From: Isurus oxyrinchus
Lineage: Eukaryota
NCBI GenBank assembly: GCA_026770705.1
Contig: JANJGN010000035.1
Span: forward strand, 6,944,001-7,008,000
DNA: 64,000 nt
Direction of reading: 5' to 3'
The translations under genes were made by a program, and so were the position numbers. The notes under the pieces are model-generated. The model saw nothing but the letters and a program-made list of their open reading frames with translations, made no database searches and was not told where the DNA came from. Position 1 is the first letter of the stretch. Each line of letters begins with the position of its first letter. Positions 37,950 through 50,594 of the stretch are shown piece by piece.

Positions 37950-40900
37950 TTGCAGGGTGAAATTAAATTCCACCTGCCATGTTTCTCACCAATCACAAAG
38001 CCTTTCCAAATCCTCCTGTACAATCTTTACCTCTTCCTGAGAGCACAAATCCCCGCCTATCGTTGTGTCATCCACGAAATTGGAAATATTACAATTGGTC
38101 TCAACATCCATTTCATTGATATATATTGTGAACATCAAGGGCTTAAGCTCAGATGCCTATGGAACACCACTAGTCACAGCCTGTTAATGTGAGAAAGTTG
38201 CTTATTCCTACTTTCTGTTCTCTGGCTGTTAGCCAATCCTTAAGCCATACCAGTATATTTCGACCAGCCCAATGTGTTTTCATTTTGCTAATCAACCACC
38301 TGTGGGGAAATTGATCAAAAGGCTATGGAAAATCCAAGTATACTAGGCCTGTCGACTCCCCGTTATCAGTGCTGTTAGGCACATACTCAAAAAGCTCCAA
38401 CAATTTCCTCAAACATGATTTCCCATTCGAAAATTCATGCATGCCCATTCAGGTCATGATTTTGCAATATCCATTCATTCCATACTTTATAATGGATTGC
38501 TGCACTTTCTCTATTACGGGAAAAAGGTTAAGAGGCTGGTTGGTACTTAGTTTCTCCCTTCCTACCTTCTTAAGTAATTGGTTGACATTTGCTGCCTTAC
38601 AATATTCCGGAACAATTTCAAAACCTATTTAATTTTGGAAAATGATCACCAGGGCATCCTTGAATATCTTGGAACAATCTGGGATGCAACATTTGAGGTC
38701 CCACGGTATTTTTGACTTTCAGTCCTTTTAATTTTTGCAATATAACTTTCTTGATCATAAAAATTCCTTCAATCCTCACACTACCTGACACCTTAGATCT
38801 CCAAATCTTGGAGATTTCCTGTATCTTCCTCAATGCAAACAAACAAAAGGCAATCATTTAGCTTATCTTCTATTTTTCAGTTTCCCATTATGAATTCTCC
38901 CGACTCTGCCTGCAATGCACTCCAACGTGACATTGGTAACGGCTTCCTTTTTATATAGCTTTATAAGCGTTTACAGTTTAAAAAAAACAAATACCAGATT
39001 GCACTCATAATCTATTTTGCCTTTCTTTACCGGTTTCTTGAAATTTATTTGCTGTATTCTAAAATTCTCGCAAACCTCAGATTTACTACTACTTTGGGAA
39101 TTTTTCAGTCTTTTTCTTTCAATCTGAAACAGTCGTTAGCTTCCTTGTTAAAGACACAGTTGACTGAAATGTTGCGTTTTCGCACCTTGAATGATTGGAA
39201 AGATACTGTTAACAATGTAATGGTTATTTGAAGAATGTCCATTGCCTTTGTTCATTCATACCTTTTAACGTACTTTTCCAATCCACACAAAGCATTTTTT
39301 CCCTCATGCCTTCAAAAAAATATTTTTTTCAACTTTCAACACCCTTGCTCCGAGCGAAATGCCTAACTTTCAAGCATAATATGAAATTCTAACTTATTGC
39401 GACCATGCATCCATAAAGCTTCTTTCACAAGATTAGTAATTAGCTATTTTTTTCATTATATCACACAACAACTAATATAAAAATTCCTCTATTCGTGTCT
39501 TCAACACCAACACACTCGTGTTCAAAACTAACCCTGACACACTCCAGAAAACATTCAACATTAGTTCCCCACTGCTATGCCAAGTCGACATGCAGACAGA
39601 AGTCATGCATGATGACGTATCGCCCCTGCTTGCATGCTTCTCTCACCTGCTGATTAGTACATGCCCCAGTTTTTCACTAATATTTGGTGGCCTATATAGC
39701 AGTGCAACAATTGCCTGCTGCCCTTTGGTTTTTCCTAGCTTAATTGAAACAAATTCCAAGCATTATTCTTCCGATATTGCTAGTTGTCCCCATCACTTTC
39801 AATCAGCTCAATTCCACCTCCCTTCACTTCTGTCTATCCTACCTAAACGTTGAATATCCTTGAAGTGTCAGTTCCCATTCTTGATCACCATGCAGCCATG
39901 TTTCCATGATGGCAATTATATCATTCCTATGGACCTATTTTGTGCTTTTGTTTCATCGGTTTTATTGTGAATGGTGGACACATTGAGGTGGAGAGCGCTT
40001 TACGATGTATTTTTGGCACCACTCCGCATTTGAAGCATTCTCAAAGCTCTGCTTTGTTTCTCATGCCATCTAGTCTCACAACTACTTCCTGTTATCAAAT
40101 TTACTTTCATACAATTTGGGCCACATCTCTGGTTCTCACCAGCTAACAAGCTCGCTTGAGGCCAACCCAACAACACAAGCAGGCCTCCCAGCGATTATGT
40201 CAGACCAAGCCCTGCTACGTTGTAACACGTGAAGTTTGTATAGGCCCCACCTGCCACATGGCAGATCCAAACACCTCAGCGATCTGGTGCCTTCCCACCT
40301 GAACCTGTTCCCGAGCCACATATTTAATCGATCAAACCCAATATTCGCCATGCTCACTCAGATGAGCCACTTGCAGGAATCCTGAGATGACAGCTCTTGA
40401 CTCCTGCATTTAATGTTTGTTCCGAACTTCCTAAAATCTGCTTACAAGACCTCATCCCTCTTATAACATATGTCCTTGGCATCAATGTGGAACACGACTG
40501 CTGGTCGATCACTCTCCCATGGAAGTATGTCCAGCAGTCGATTCCTAACAGTGTTGGCACTGGCACAATTGAGGCAACAAAGCATCAACCGGTCATATTT
40601 GCCAGCGCATATATTCTGTTAGATACCCTGTCTATGGAATCCCCTATCACTGCTGTCCTTCTATTCATCCTCCTCCACCCGCTGCACACTTGTGGCGCCC
40701 CTGGTGGCATGGGTTTTGTTTTGCCTGCACTTCCCAGAGATAAAAACGTCCTCATCAGCATTCAAAATGGAAAGCAGAATTGCCAGCAGGTTTACAATCA
40801 GCTGACCCCTGCACCATCTGCTTGCTTCTCTTAGAATGGCTGTCCATCACCCTTTACCTCTATGCTTTATGCTTCTGACCTGGGCTGTGGCCACCTCGCT

Positions 40901-41500
40901 ACACATGCTTTCCACATGTTCCTCTTTATCGGGGATGCCCAACAGTGGACTCCACCTTCCGTTGATGTGCCAAAACACAGAGCTCAACCGGTGACACTTC
41001 CTACAGGTATGTTTGCCTCGGACACATGCTGCATCCACGACTTTACTCATTCTGCTTGGTGCAGAACGAGTTGGTCCAGTTGACCTGACAACTCTAAGGA
41101 AAAAAAAAACAACAATGTATTACTCTTGGAGTATTTAGAATAAGTAGAAATAGATTACTGGTAACTTAGCTTTCCAAAACTTACCCTTTTTTTATTAATC
41201 TGACTTACTTTATTACTTCCTTTTCTTTGACTTGATTTAAATTCATTTCCCTATTCATGGCTTTCCAAACTGAAAACCCAGCAGTTGCTTCATTACAAAT
41301 GATACATTATTATTTCTACTTTTAAGGTTTTAAACACACTCTCGAGCATTATCTTATCAACAGCCAATTAAAGTACAGTTTTTATGCGATCTGTCTCACG
41401 GACTTTTATAGGCAAAAGCAGCTGGTTGACGTAATTGAGGCATTCCCCTCACGTCCGGCTGTCTCCGCTCACAGAAGGTGAGTTACGGCCCCGAGCCTCG
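37950..41500 (-). mobile_element. 3'-truncated CR1 with 5' UTR, ORF1 (Zn finger plus esterase), EN and RT
   Basis: ORF1 N-terminus ACVRGKHTCRKC (40847..41050); esterase C-terminus WLGNRFRWEGTRSLRCLD..LHVLQR; RT LKGLKVKNTVGPQMLHPRLF; LDFP*PFDQFPH at about 38330. Confidence 0.85.
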
Positions 41501-42179
41501 AACACTATTATTCCTTGCCCGAGTAGCAGTGCTCTTCACAAGTCATGCTGTTTCCGATACCGGAAGGGGGAAAACACATCCTCACACAAAGATTAGTAGG
41601 AATATGAAATGTTGTCCAGCAAAAACTTTCTCCTAGCTTGCTCAGATAATGATTGAAAAGTGAAATTATAACAATTACTTAAAATGTTATTTCACATTGT
41701 TCATCCAGGTTGGTCAGCTTTGTTCCTGACCATCGGCATTCCATTATGATTGATAATTAACAGATTTTATGGTGAGCAATGAAAAATAATAGAGGGTAGG
41801 GATCTAATTACAACTGCACAACTAATTTTCTATATTAGAAATTCTGAAACACGGCTAAAAGTAAATATCAAAATGTAATCTCTTGCCAAAAATATATCAT
41901 GCAATATATCACAAATTCACCATATTAGTACGCATTTTTTAATAGTCATTTTTTAAATTGCAGCCAACCCGTACAACAGATAACTGGGCGAGGAGTGAGT
42001 ATTTATGCGACTGAAGGTTAACTTTATGATTGTGAAGCATAGCTGATCTTTACCCAGGGTGTGTTTAACGACGCCTTGACAAAAAGTTCATTACAAAGAG
42101 TGAACCTACTAAAACTGATTGGATTGAAAATCCGGAGCAGCAGTAATACATACGATTCTAAGGGTTACAATCATTTTAT

Positions 42180-43180
42180 TGTTAATCAGTTTCCAAGGGC
42201 GTGAGCACCTCTGCCTTGACCAGTATTTATTGCCTATCCCTAGTTGTCCTTGAGAAGGTGGTGGTTGGCTAACTACGTGTGCTGCTTTCGATGTGATGTT
42301 AATGGACCCACGTGATCTTAGACAGGGAGTACCAGGATTTTGAAGGAGCGACAGTGAAGGAAGGGAATAAGTTTAGAAGTCAGGAAGGTGAGTATCTTGG
42401 ACGGGACCTTCCTGGTCGCAGTTTTTTCATGTGTCTGATACAGTTGTCCCACCAGATTGTAGCAGTCGCTGGTTTGGAACATGTTTTCTGAAGAGATTAG
42501 GAGTTTTAACCATTGCAACTTGTAGATGGTACACAGTGCAGATGCTGTGTGTCGGTGGCGTAGGAGTGAATGTTTGCGGATGGTGTGCTACTCAAGCTGG
42601 CTGCTTTGTCCTGGATATGGCAAAGCTTCTTGATTGTTGTTTTGAGTTGCACTCATCCAAGCAATTGCGGTGTATTTTATCTAACTTCTTAATTTGATTT
42701 GGAGATGGTGGACAGGGTTTGTGGCGTCAGGAGGTGAGTTACTCAGTGCAGGATCTCTGGCCTTGGGCGGGTCATTTTATCCACAGTATTTACACGGGTA
42801 CTTCTGTTCAGTTTCTGGACAGTTGTAATACCCCGGATGTGGCTAATAGATGTTTCAGTGATGGTAATGCCATGGACCTTCCAGGGGTGATGTATTGCGT
42901 TTCTATTGTTGGTGATGGTCCTTGCCTGGCAATTGACGCGCACTGATATTATTTGTCATTTTGCGCCCAAGCCTGAGTATTGTCCAGGCCTTGCTGCATT
43001 TGGAAATGGATTGCTTCCGGATTTGAGAAGTCATGAAAAGCCTCTTACCTGCTCTTATAGCCAAACTATTTATATGGCCACTCTAGTTCAGTATCTGGCA
43101 AAACCCAAGATGTTCATAATGGAGCTTTCAGTAATGCCAATATCATTGAAAGTTTACTTGCAAGGATTAGAGTCTCTCTA
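42180..43180 (-). mobile_element. 3' portion of the LINE family seen at 6050-8775 (partly duplicated)
   Basis: Reverse complement of the 17200-17395 tail and of 8200-8600. cctcttacctgctcttatagccaaactatt repeats the 42770-42870 segment. Confidence 0.7.
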
Positions 43181-43795
43181 ACTTATGCTCTCCAACCTAA
43201 CACTTATATACATTGTTTTTGGAGCACCTGGACTCCAGTGTATTGATTGACATTCATCTCAGGTAAAATCAGGGTCTTTGTTAAAAGAAAACATTGCTTC
43301 ATAAACAATCTTCTTCCGGATGGGTAGAATTAGCATATGTTATTTTGCTGTTCACCATTGCATTTTTGAATAATACTCAAACCAGAATCCCAGAAACCAC
43401 AGGAGCGGTGCGGCATTGGGAAATTTATTGATGCGTGGAGTTGACCGGTTCACGCTTAGTTGAGTTCATGCATCATGTGGATTTCAAGGCAGGAAGACTC
43501 AAAATACGTTATTTTTTCGATTATCCTCCTGTAGATGGAAACTCCATGTATTGAACCTGGTAAAAAAAGAGGAAGTGTGGAAATCCAAGAAAAAAATTAA
43601 AATACATTTCCTTTAAACTTTCGAACTTAACCTGGAGAGCAGAAAAATATCTGAAATAAACGAATCTGCCTATTAGCATGTTATCTCACGTGGAAAATGA
43701 GTTGCCAGTGGATCTCTATTCATACACCCAGTCAGGAGTTGGTGAGATGGGCCAAGAGCAAAGAAATGCATATGTAACAGTAATAAAGGTGAAAG

Positions 43796-44545
43796 TGTCT
43801 CGACTCACTGGGGATATCACACTGTAATATCAAGCTCCATTTCTCCCCGAACCGAGGCAAACGTTAAAGTTGACTTAATGTACCTGAGAGCCCAATTCTG
43901 CCTTACTGTTTAATTTAAGGTAACCAAATATGAGAACGGGGTTTTTTAAAATTTAAAAGTAAATAATTATTAATTAAACAATTTGTCTTTTAAACAGTGG
44001 CAAAAAGAAAATAAATATGAATTGCTAACTTTTAACTGTATAGTATAAACTCAACCTCTAAACAGAAACACACAGACATAAATAAGATACACAAAACACG
44101 GTTTTTAACGTTGAGACAACATAATTCAATAGCAGCATCCTGGTGTACGGGGCTGGCTGCGTTTATTTTCATTGCAGTTTTTCAAATTGCTTGCGCCCCT
44201 TATTGCTGACTCGTGATGATGTTTCAGACTCTCCAGTCTGTAGTCACTGGATGGAAACTTATCCTTCAGTGTCTGTATTGGTGATCTTCCTTCTTTCCCT
44301 ATTCACAGGTTTTCCAAAGAGATCAGGTTACAGAGGTATGAAGAAAAGCCAGGTAGCTGTAAAGGCAGAATTACTGAAACCTTTGAAATACAGGAGTGAG
44401 AGGTTCCAACTGTCTCCCGTTTGCTGATTTGAAGCTATTCCCTGCTCAGTGCTATAACACAAATCTTTATCACCAGATCAGGAGGCAATTACAGTATTGT
44501 TACTGGGCAGTTCCGCTGAAATAACGCAGAAACTTCCTATTAAAA
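43796..44545 (-). repeat. 3' LTR (truncated) of the element at 43796-49270
   Basis: Aligns by eye with 48419-49160 (cactggggatat..aatatcaagctc; gcaatta..attgttact.ggcag). Confidence 0.8.
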
Positions 44546-47500
44546 CCAAACATTCAGAAAAACCTCGAATTTTTTGTTTGGTTTTAGGAATGGAAAATTA
44601 TATCTGAGCATTCACTTTTGCTGTTCCGTGCACCACCTGCTCTTGTCCTACCACGTGGCATAGTTATGTTACACTTGCTTTCGCAGATTTGAGATTTAAG
44701 ACTAAGTCATCTAACGGCAATGGCTTAATCAGTCCCTCTAATTAATTTCCGTATTCTTCCCACATGTTACTTCAGCTACGACTCGAATCATAAATTTGCG
44801 AACTTTTTAGAACCCACAGAATTCCATGAGTAGACAATGATACAGCACACTGGGTGTAACAAAGTCAGAAATGTATTTAGCCCTTATTGTTAAATGCATT
44901 TGCCAGTACCCCTTTAATACATCAATTTTAGAAAGAAAAGCGGTGCTGCCCACGTTAGTGATGCTGTCCCTAAACCGAAGAATCTGTTCGAATCTGTTCT
45001 AGTTATTGCATTCACTTTCCTACAACACCTAGTTGATCTATTTGACTTTGGAACCAACACGACGGCTGAACTTCAACTGCTTTGGCTGCTCTCAATCAAG
45101 TGATTCTCCAGCATATATTTGATCCGTTTCTAATTGAGTTCGTTTTTCTGGGCTCAACACACTGGGTGTAACAAAGTTGGAGATATGTTTAGCCCTTGGT
45201 GTTAAAGGCACTTGTCAGTTCCGTTTTAATAGCACAGTTTTAAAAAGAAATGAGCACTGTCCTCCTTCTCGATGCAGCCCTTTAATTGAGGAAACTGCAG
45301 AATACGGATGTTGTTTAATGGGAACTATGTCTCCTATTTCCTCATTATGTTATATAACATTATGAATCTAGTTGCATCCGCACAAATTCCGTTTTAATTC
45401 CTAAGTGGCATTATTAAACCTTCCCGTGGTCCTTCCTCAAAATATGATAAAACAGTATCTAACATTTTAGAATTGGCTGGTGGAATTGTAGGTGGTTCGC
45501 TTTTTTGCAAAGTCTACTACTCCTCCTATGCGACTGTTACTATTTTCGTTATCCTCCATCTACTCCTACTACACCTGACACGCTTGCTCTTGCTGATAAT
45601 CTCCTCTGCGATGACACTGCTGTAACATGTTTATTTAACATACCGTTTATTCTTCCTACACTCAGGAACGTCTATCAGGTAAATCATGCAGTGACCCTCT
45701 GAAATCTCTCATAGGGGCCACGAGATATCGCTTTCAATGGTTCACCCTGCAAAGCTAATAGCAATACTTCGTGTTGCAGCTTGTTTGTCTGCACATTCCT
45801 TCACTTTGGCATGTCAGATTATTAAATGCTATAGTGCCACTTTGCACTCTGATATAGGTTTTTTGTGGAAAGGAAAGTGAATGGAGTAACCGGAACAGGT
45901 TTGTATAATTTCCTCGGTTAAGCGGCAGCATCGATAGGGGCTGGATAATCACATGTTGTGACTTACCGAAAACCTGTCATGTATGACACATTCTACAAAA
46001 TTGTTTTTATGAAGTCTTGGCCAGCTGAAACACCTGATTATCGATGAATGGGTATTCCGTATTCCCAAATACCCGGCCATGGGAATCTCATGTGCAGCAC
46101 ACAATATATCCTTACGATGTTTGGGCAGCCCCACTACCTGGTGAACAACCATCCAGTGCCCATCTTCAGCTATGTGATGGTGTCTCCACTTCCTGATCAT
46201 AAATCTGTTATTAAATTGTTATCAATCTAATCTCCTTCAGCCTCAATTTCAGTGTGAGCTGACTGCGCTAACTTGCTTTAATCTGTATCTGATTTCTGGG
46301 TCAATATTAATCAAAACTTGCCAAACACTCTCTTTGAATTATGCTGATTCTGAAATTAAATTTAGGCTACTCCAACATCCGAACAAGGTATGAAGTTGAT
46401 CTCTGATAATGGACATTTTGAGACATTGCTCTGGTCAACACACACGATTGGAAAATACCAGGAAGCTGTCCTTGTAACTGCTGTGTCTCTTTCCCAAATT
46501 TAGGATTTCCTTTTGTCATGGATCAAGCTTTAACCTTCACTCCTGTCAAATCGTTCCCCAGAAGGAGAGACACTGCATTCACAAGTAATTTCTTAAAATC
46601 TCCTACAGGCTCCATCCCGGACAAAAATTCAGATTCCAATTACACTTCTTACATTGGAACCTGGATATAATCTCCAATTATCCTGACCACTAATACATTG
46701 GCTTCCATTGAAATCTCTGGAGGGAAAACTAGAATATTCTCCAGCAAAACAATTTAAGTAGCTCCTATGCCCCTCAATATAATTATGGGGTTTGCTGCCT
46801 CTTTTTTTGAAAAAAAAGCTGTTATCTTCCCGTTAGAAAAAAAAACACTTTATATATCTCATCTCACTTATTCACTTCACCTGCTTCCAGAGCAGTGGTT
46901 ACTTCCAGACCCTTATTTGTTTTTTCACTTGCGCTTTTGTACAGGGCATTTTCTTTTCAATTGCCTTTGTCGTACTCACCCTTCAAATTCCAATCAGTTA
47001 AATGGGCTAAAATCGCATTTTGAAAGACTGGACTTCACTTTTTTACAGTGTTAACACTTCGATTTTCAAATGTCACCTCCAGCCTCAGCACCTGTATTTC
47101 TGATCTTTGGTGAACATCTAAATATATTCCCAGCGTCTAGTCTATGGCCTGGCTACCCACATTTATTCCATTCTCCCACAATGTAGCATTTTCAAAGCTA
47201 GGGGGGTGATGGAAAAAAAAATCCAATTTTATGGGTAAGCTAAAAATCGTCAACTATTACTGCTGCCTGTCTGGCAACTTCAGCCATTTAGTCGTCCACA
47301 TGGGTTCTTATTGCACAAAGTAGAGGGGTTTTAAAATTCGACAGAGAATGTACCCTTGAGTACTCGATAGGTAGTTTTACTCAAATAGCTCGTACCAACA
47401 CGTCAAAACGGGTTTGTAAACCCTTTCAAATTCAGTGTAAGTTTGTCCAGGCTGTTACCTTAAATTTTGAAACCTTTGTCCGTACTATTCAAGGACCAGT

Positions 47501-48396
47501 GTTCAAAAGAAAAAACGTTTTCCTTCACACCATAGCACTATCTATGGAAAACTCCTCTAACAATGAGGCATGAAAAAAATGCACTCTACTTGTCAATTTG
47601 CTTTGCGTGGGCATTGTCCAGTTTTCCTTTGGCCAGCTCATCTGTTAAACTAACTTATCAAATTAAACAGAGTATTATTCAACGCCTCTTTCTTCAAATT
47701 TAGAAAAGCGTGTAGAAATTTCAACATCTCCCCATTGGATTTTCTTGTGGGCATACATCCTGTCTCAGCACCTGCTGTCTCCGTTTTAACTGCCAGCGTT
47801 TTGAACTGGAATCCTACCCCCTTCAGGATTTACTCGTTCTGTCATTTCCTGTTGAATTTTATGTTTATCCATTACTAAACTCGCCCATTGTTAACTCCCT
47901 TTGAAATACTTTCTCTCTAATCATTTATTTTTTACTTTTTTAAGTTCCATTTCAGTCTCTTCCTGGTGTCATGCCCTTTCTCTTGCTGCTGTCTCTAGTT
48001 CAATTTGTCTTTCATTTGGAATGGAATTAGAGGCCATTAGAATGAACCACACCCTACAGAATTTGTTGTGCCGTGTATTGCTTTTAGTTTCAAATGTTGT
48101 CCTATCTCTTCGATTTATCTTTGTCTTTCTGGCAATGAAAGGCAATCCAACTCGATTACTTGTCAATTCGATTAATCTGGCTGATGGGATCTTTATAAAA
48201 CTGTTAGGGAAATCTCTTCGACTTGCAGGAAGGTGTTGTATTTAACATGGAAAATTTTGTTTTCAACAGCACAAAACTGATGTTAACATTTCAGCATTCT
48301 CTGCTTGCAAGAAAGCTGCAGATTCCATTTTTGCCTTATATTTTGATAGTAAGCTGTTCATTTTAGTTTTTAGAAGCATCTCATTTGTTCCAAAAT

Positions 48397-48415
48397 ATCC
48401 CGGATGAGCCCGTCA
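48397..48415 (-). promoter_or_regulatory. Primer-binding site complementary to tRNA-Pro
   Basis: Minus strand TGACGGGCTCATCCGGGAT versus canonical TGGGGGCTCGTCCGGGAT, immediately inside the LTR. Confidence 0.75.
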
Positions 48416-48418
48416 AAA

Positions 48419-49270
48419 TGTTTCATGAATCACTGGGGATATAATGCTGTAATATCAAGCTCAACAGCTCCCCAAGCCGAGACAAATGCGACAATTATGC
48501 TTAGAGCGTCACATTGCCAACTTCTCACGAACTTGTTAATTTAGGCTAACATAAAATGAGCACGAGGCCTTTAATCTTAACAATTGATTAACTGTTTATT
48601 CAATCAGATGTTTTAAAGAGTGGCATAAAAACGAGATATGAACAGCTAAGTTTCAGCGCTATAATGCTAATTCTATCCTTCTTAAAACATATATACAAAC
48701 ATACACACTAAAAGGGCAGACAGGTTTTAAGGGTGAGGTAATAAAGTTCCAAAGGACGGATATAGGGCCCAGGGTTAAATGGTTTAATTTTGTTGAGGTG
48801 TTCTAACTTCCTTGCAGTCTTTTTTTGGTGACATGATGTGTTCTTTCAGCAATTGCAGTTTGATGTTTACTGGTTGAAAACCTGCTTCAGTGTCTCCACG
48901 AGTGTTTTTTTTCTCCTTTCCCTCTTGTCAAGGTTTGCAAATACATTAGGTTAAGGAAATATGACGAAGAACAGCTAGCTTTTATGGTATAATTATTGAC
49001 ATAATTGAAATACATTAGCCACAAGTTTCAGCTGTGTCACTAGTGCAGAATAGGAGCTGAATTTGCAGTCAACTGAGACCTTAATCACCTTATCAAGAGC
49101 CAATTAAAACATTGTTACTCGGCAGCTCCACGTTTCATTATCCTGCTGTTCAACCTAACATTCTCTGTTCCAGGATTCTACATTCCAAATCCGCTTCCAG
49201 GGAACATGTCTGTCAACTGCAGCCCTAGTAATTTAACGCCATATTCGAATTTGTAAATCCGCTGCCCAAA
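48419..49270 (-). repeat. 5' LTR of the element at 43796-49270
   Basis: Partner of 43796-44545 and adjacent to the PBS. The outer end is approximate. Confidence 0.8.
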
Positions 49271-49327
49271 AAATCATAAATATTTTATTTACATTAACAA
49301 GACTGCAAGAACCGGTTCTTACCATGG

Positions 49328-50500
49328 TGGTGAAGAGGATCGTGTCGTCAATAAAGGTGTGACTGGACCGAAATGTTCCCAATGTCACAAATTTGGACAT
49401 GGAAAGGAAATTGTTCAGGGTTAAATCCTTAATTGGTGAAGCTAGAACAATCAGCTGTAATTTCAGTAGAGTAAACCGTATTTCAATGTGAAGATTGTGA
49501 GAAATACCTAACTTATAATATTATTACAACCACAATAGATGAAAATTTGAAGAAGTATAGGGACGGATATGTGAAAGGAATGCCAATCATTTTGTGTCTA
49601 AATATGAAGCTGAAAGGTTACCATTCGAGAAGACAATTGTTCAGCCCAAAACATTTTGTTGCAGAGGATTTAGATATCTCAGTCCATTTGCTGAATAAAG
49701 ATGCATTAATGATTGTGTATTAAGTGGAAATGTATACCTATCCCATTATGTAGATTGAATATAAATTATGCATGATAGTCTGTCTACTGTTATTGACATT
49801 CTTTCTCTATTGTCCACCGAAAATGTGTAAGTTATTTTGAACATTATGAAGTGGGCAATTTTATTTTTCCTGAATTTGGTGCAGTATGTGATAGAATGGT
49901 TCCTATAAGTGCAAGTGCCAGACGTATCTATGAACTTGTTAAGGAACCAGCCAAGACTGAGAAATATATGTACAGTAAAAAGGCTCTGGAGATTTCAAGC
50001 ATTAAAACTAAGTGGTCATGGAAAGCAGGGAGACAAGAGATTTATGATAAACGTTTCTTGGAAGTAAACACTAAATTAAGTGACTGTATTGGCAATGGAC
50101 CTGTGAAAGAATCCTTGCTCAGACATAAAATAGATGTTCAAAAACATAGTTAATTGGACTGATTTGGAAGGAAATTAGAAGGAATAGAAAAATACAGTAA
50201 TGTCTAAATTGCCATGCAAGACCAAAATTATCAAACGGGAAAATGTAAGTACCAAATTAAGGAAGCTGCATTTGTGTGGTGATAAATAATTAACTAAACA
50301 TCGATATTAATATGATTAGGAGAAACTGCCACGTTTAAAATGCTAAAAGATCATCCGAGAAAAGAATATCGAACCACTTTTAATTAATACAAAACAAAAC
50401 ATCGAAATATGTTATTTGAACAGCCGAAGAAAATATATTGATCAGAGGAGGAATGTGTTGGGAGCACAATAAGAAGACAATTGAAACTCATTGTCTCGAA
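49328..50500 (+). mobile_element. Decayed Gypsy gag of a different lineage with a putative PBS
   Basis: TGGTGAAGAGGAT at 49328 resembles a TGGCGACGAGGAT PBS. ORF 49851..50153 ISASARRIYELVKEPAKTE..NTKLSDCIGNGPVKESLL resembles the LSVCGxxTYxLI..PAKP and LRDRLVCG..IQxxLL Gag motifs. Confidence 0.45.
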
Positions 50501-50594
50501 AAGGAAAAGTGAAAGCATTTGTGTCTCGAAATTGAACTGAGAAACAAAAATATTACCTTAAGGAGAGATAAAAAGGACAATGTTAATGTAGTAC

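Larger units (their letters stand above)
43796..49270 (-). mobile_element. Gmr1-like Gypsy LTR retrotransposon, internally deleted
   Basis: Two LTR copies start at 43796 and 48419 (TGTCTCGACTCACTGGGGATAT / TGTTTCATGAATCACTGGGGATAT). Gag 48300-47200; protease region about 46800-46540; integrase Zn region ILCAAHEIPMAGYLG (46200-45950); GPY motif about 45715; RT pieces 45380-44550. Confidence 0.85.

Noticed and set aside
41400-41490. Strong donor-like AG|GTGAGT at 41478 with a CRE-like TGACGTAA, as a first exon
   Set aside because: It lies at the 5' end of the minus-strand CR1, no downstream exon is identifiable, and it is better explained as LINE 5' UTR.
6160-42545. CACAGTG heptamers as V(D)J recombination signals
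   Set aside because: None of those I checked has an ACAAAAACC nonamer at 12 or 23 bp spacing, and most lie inside repeats.
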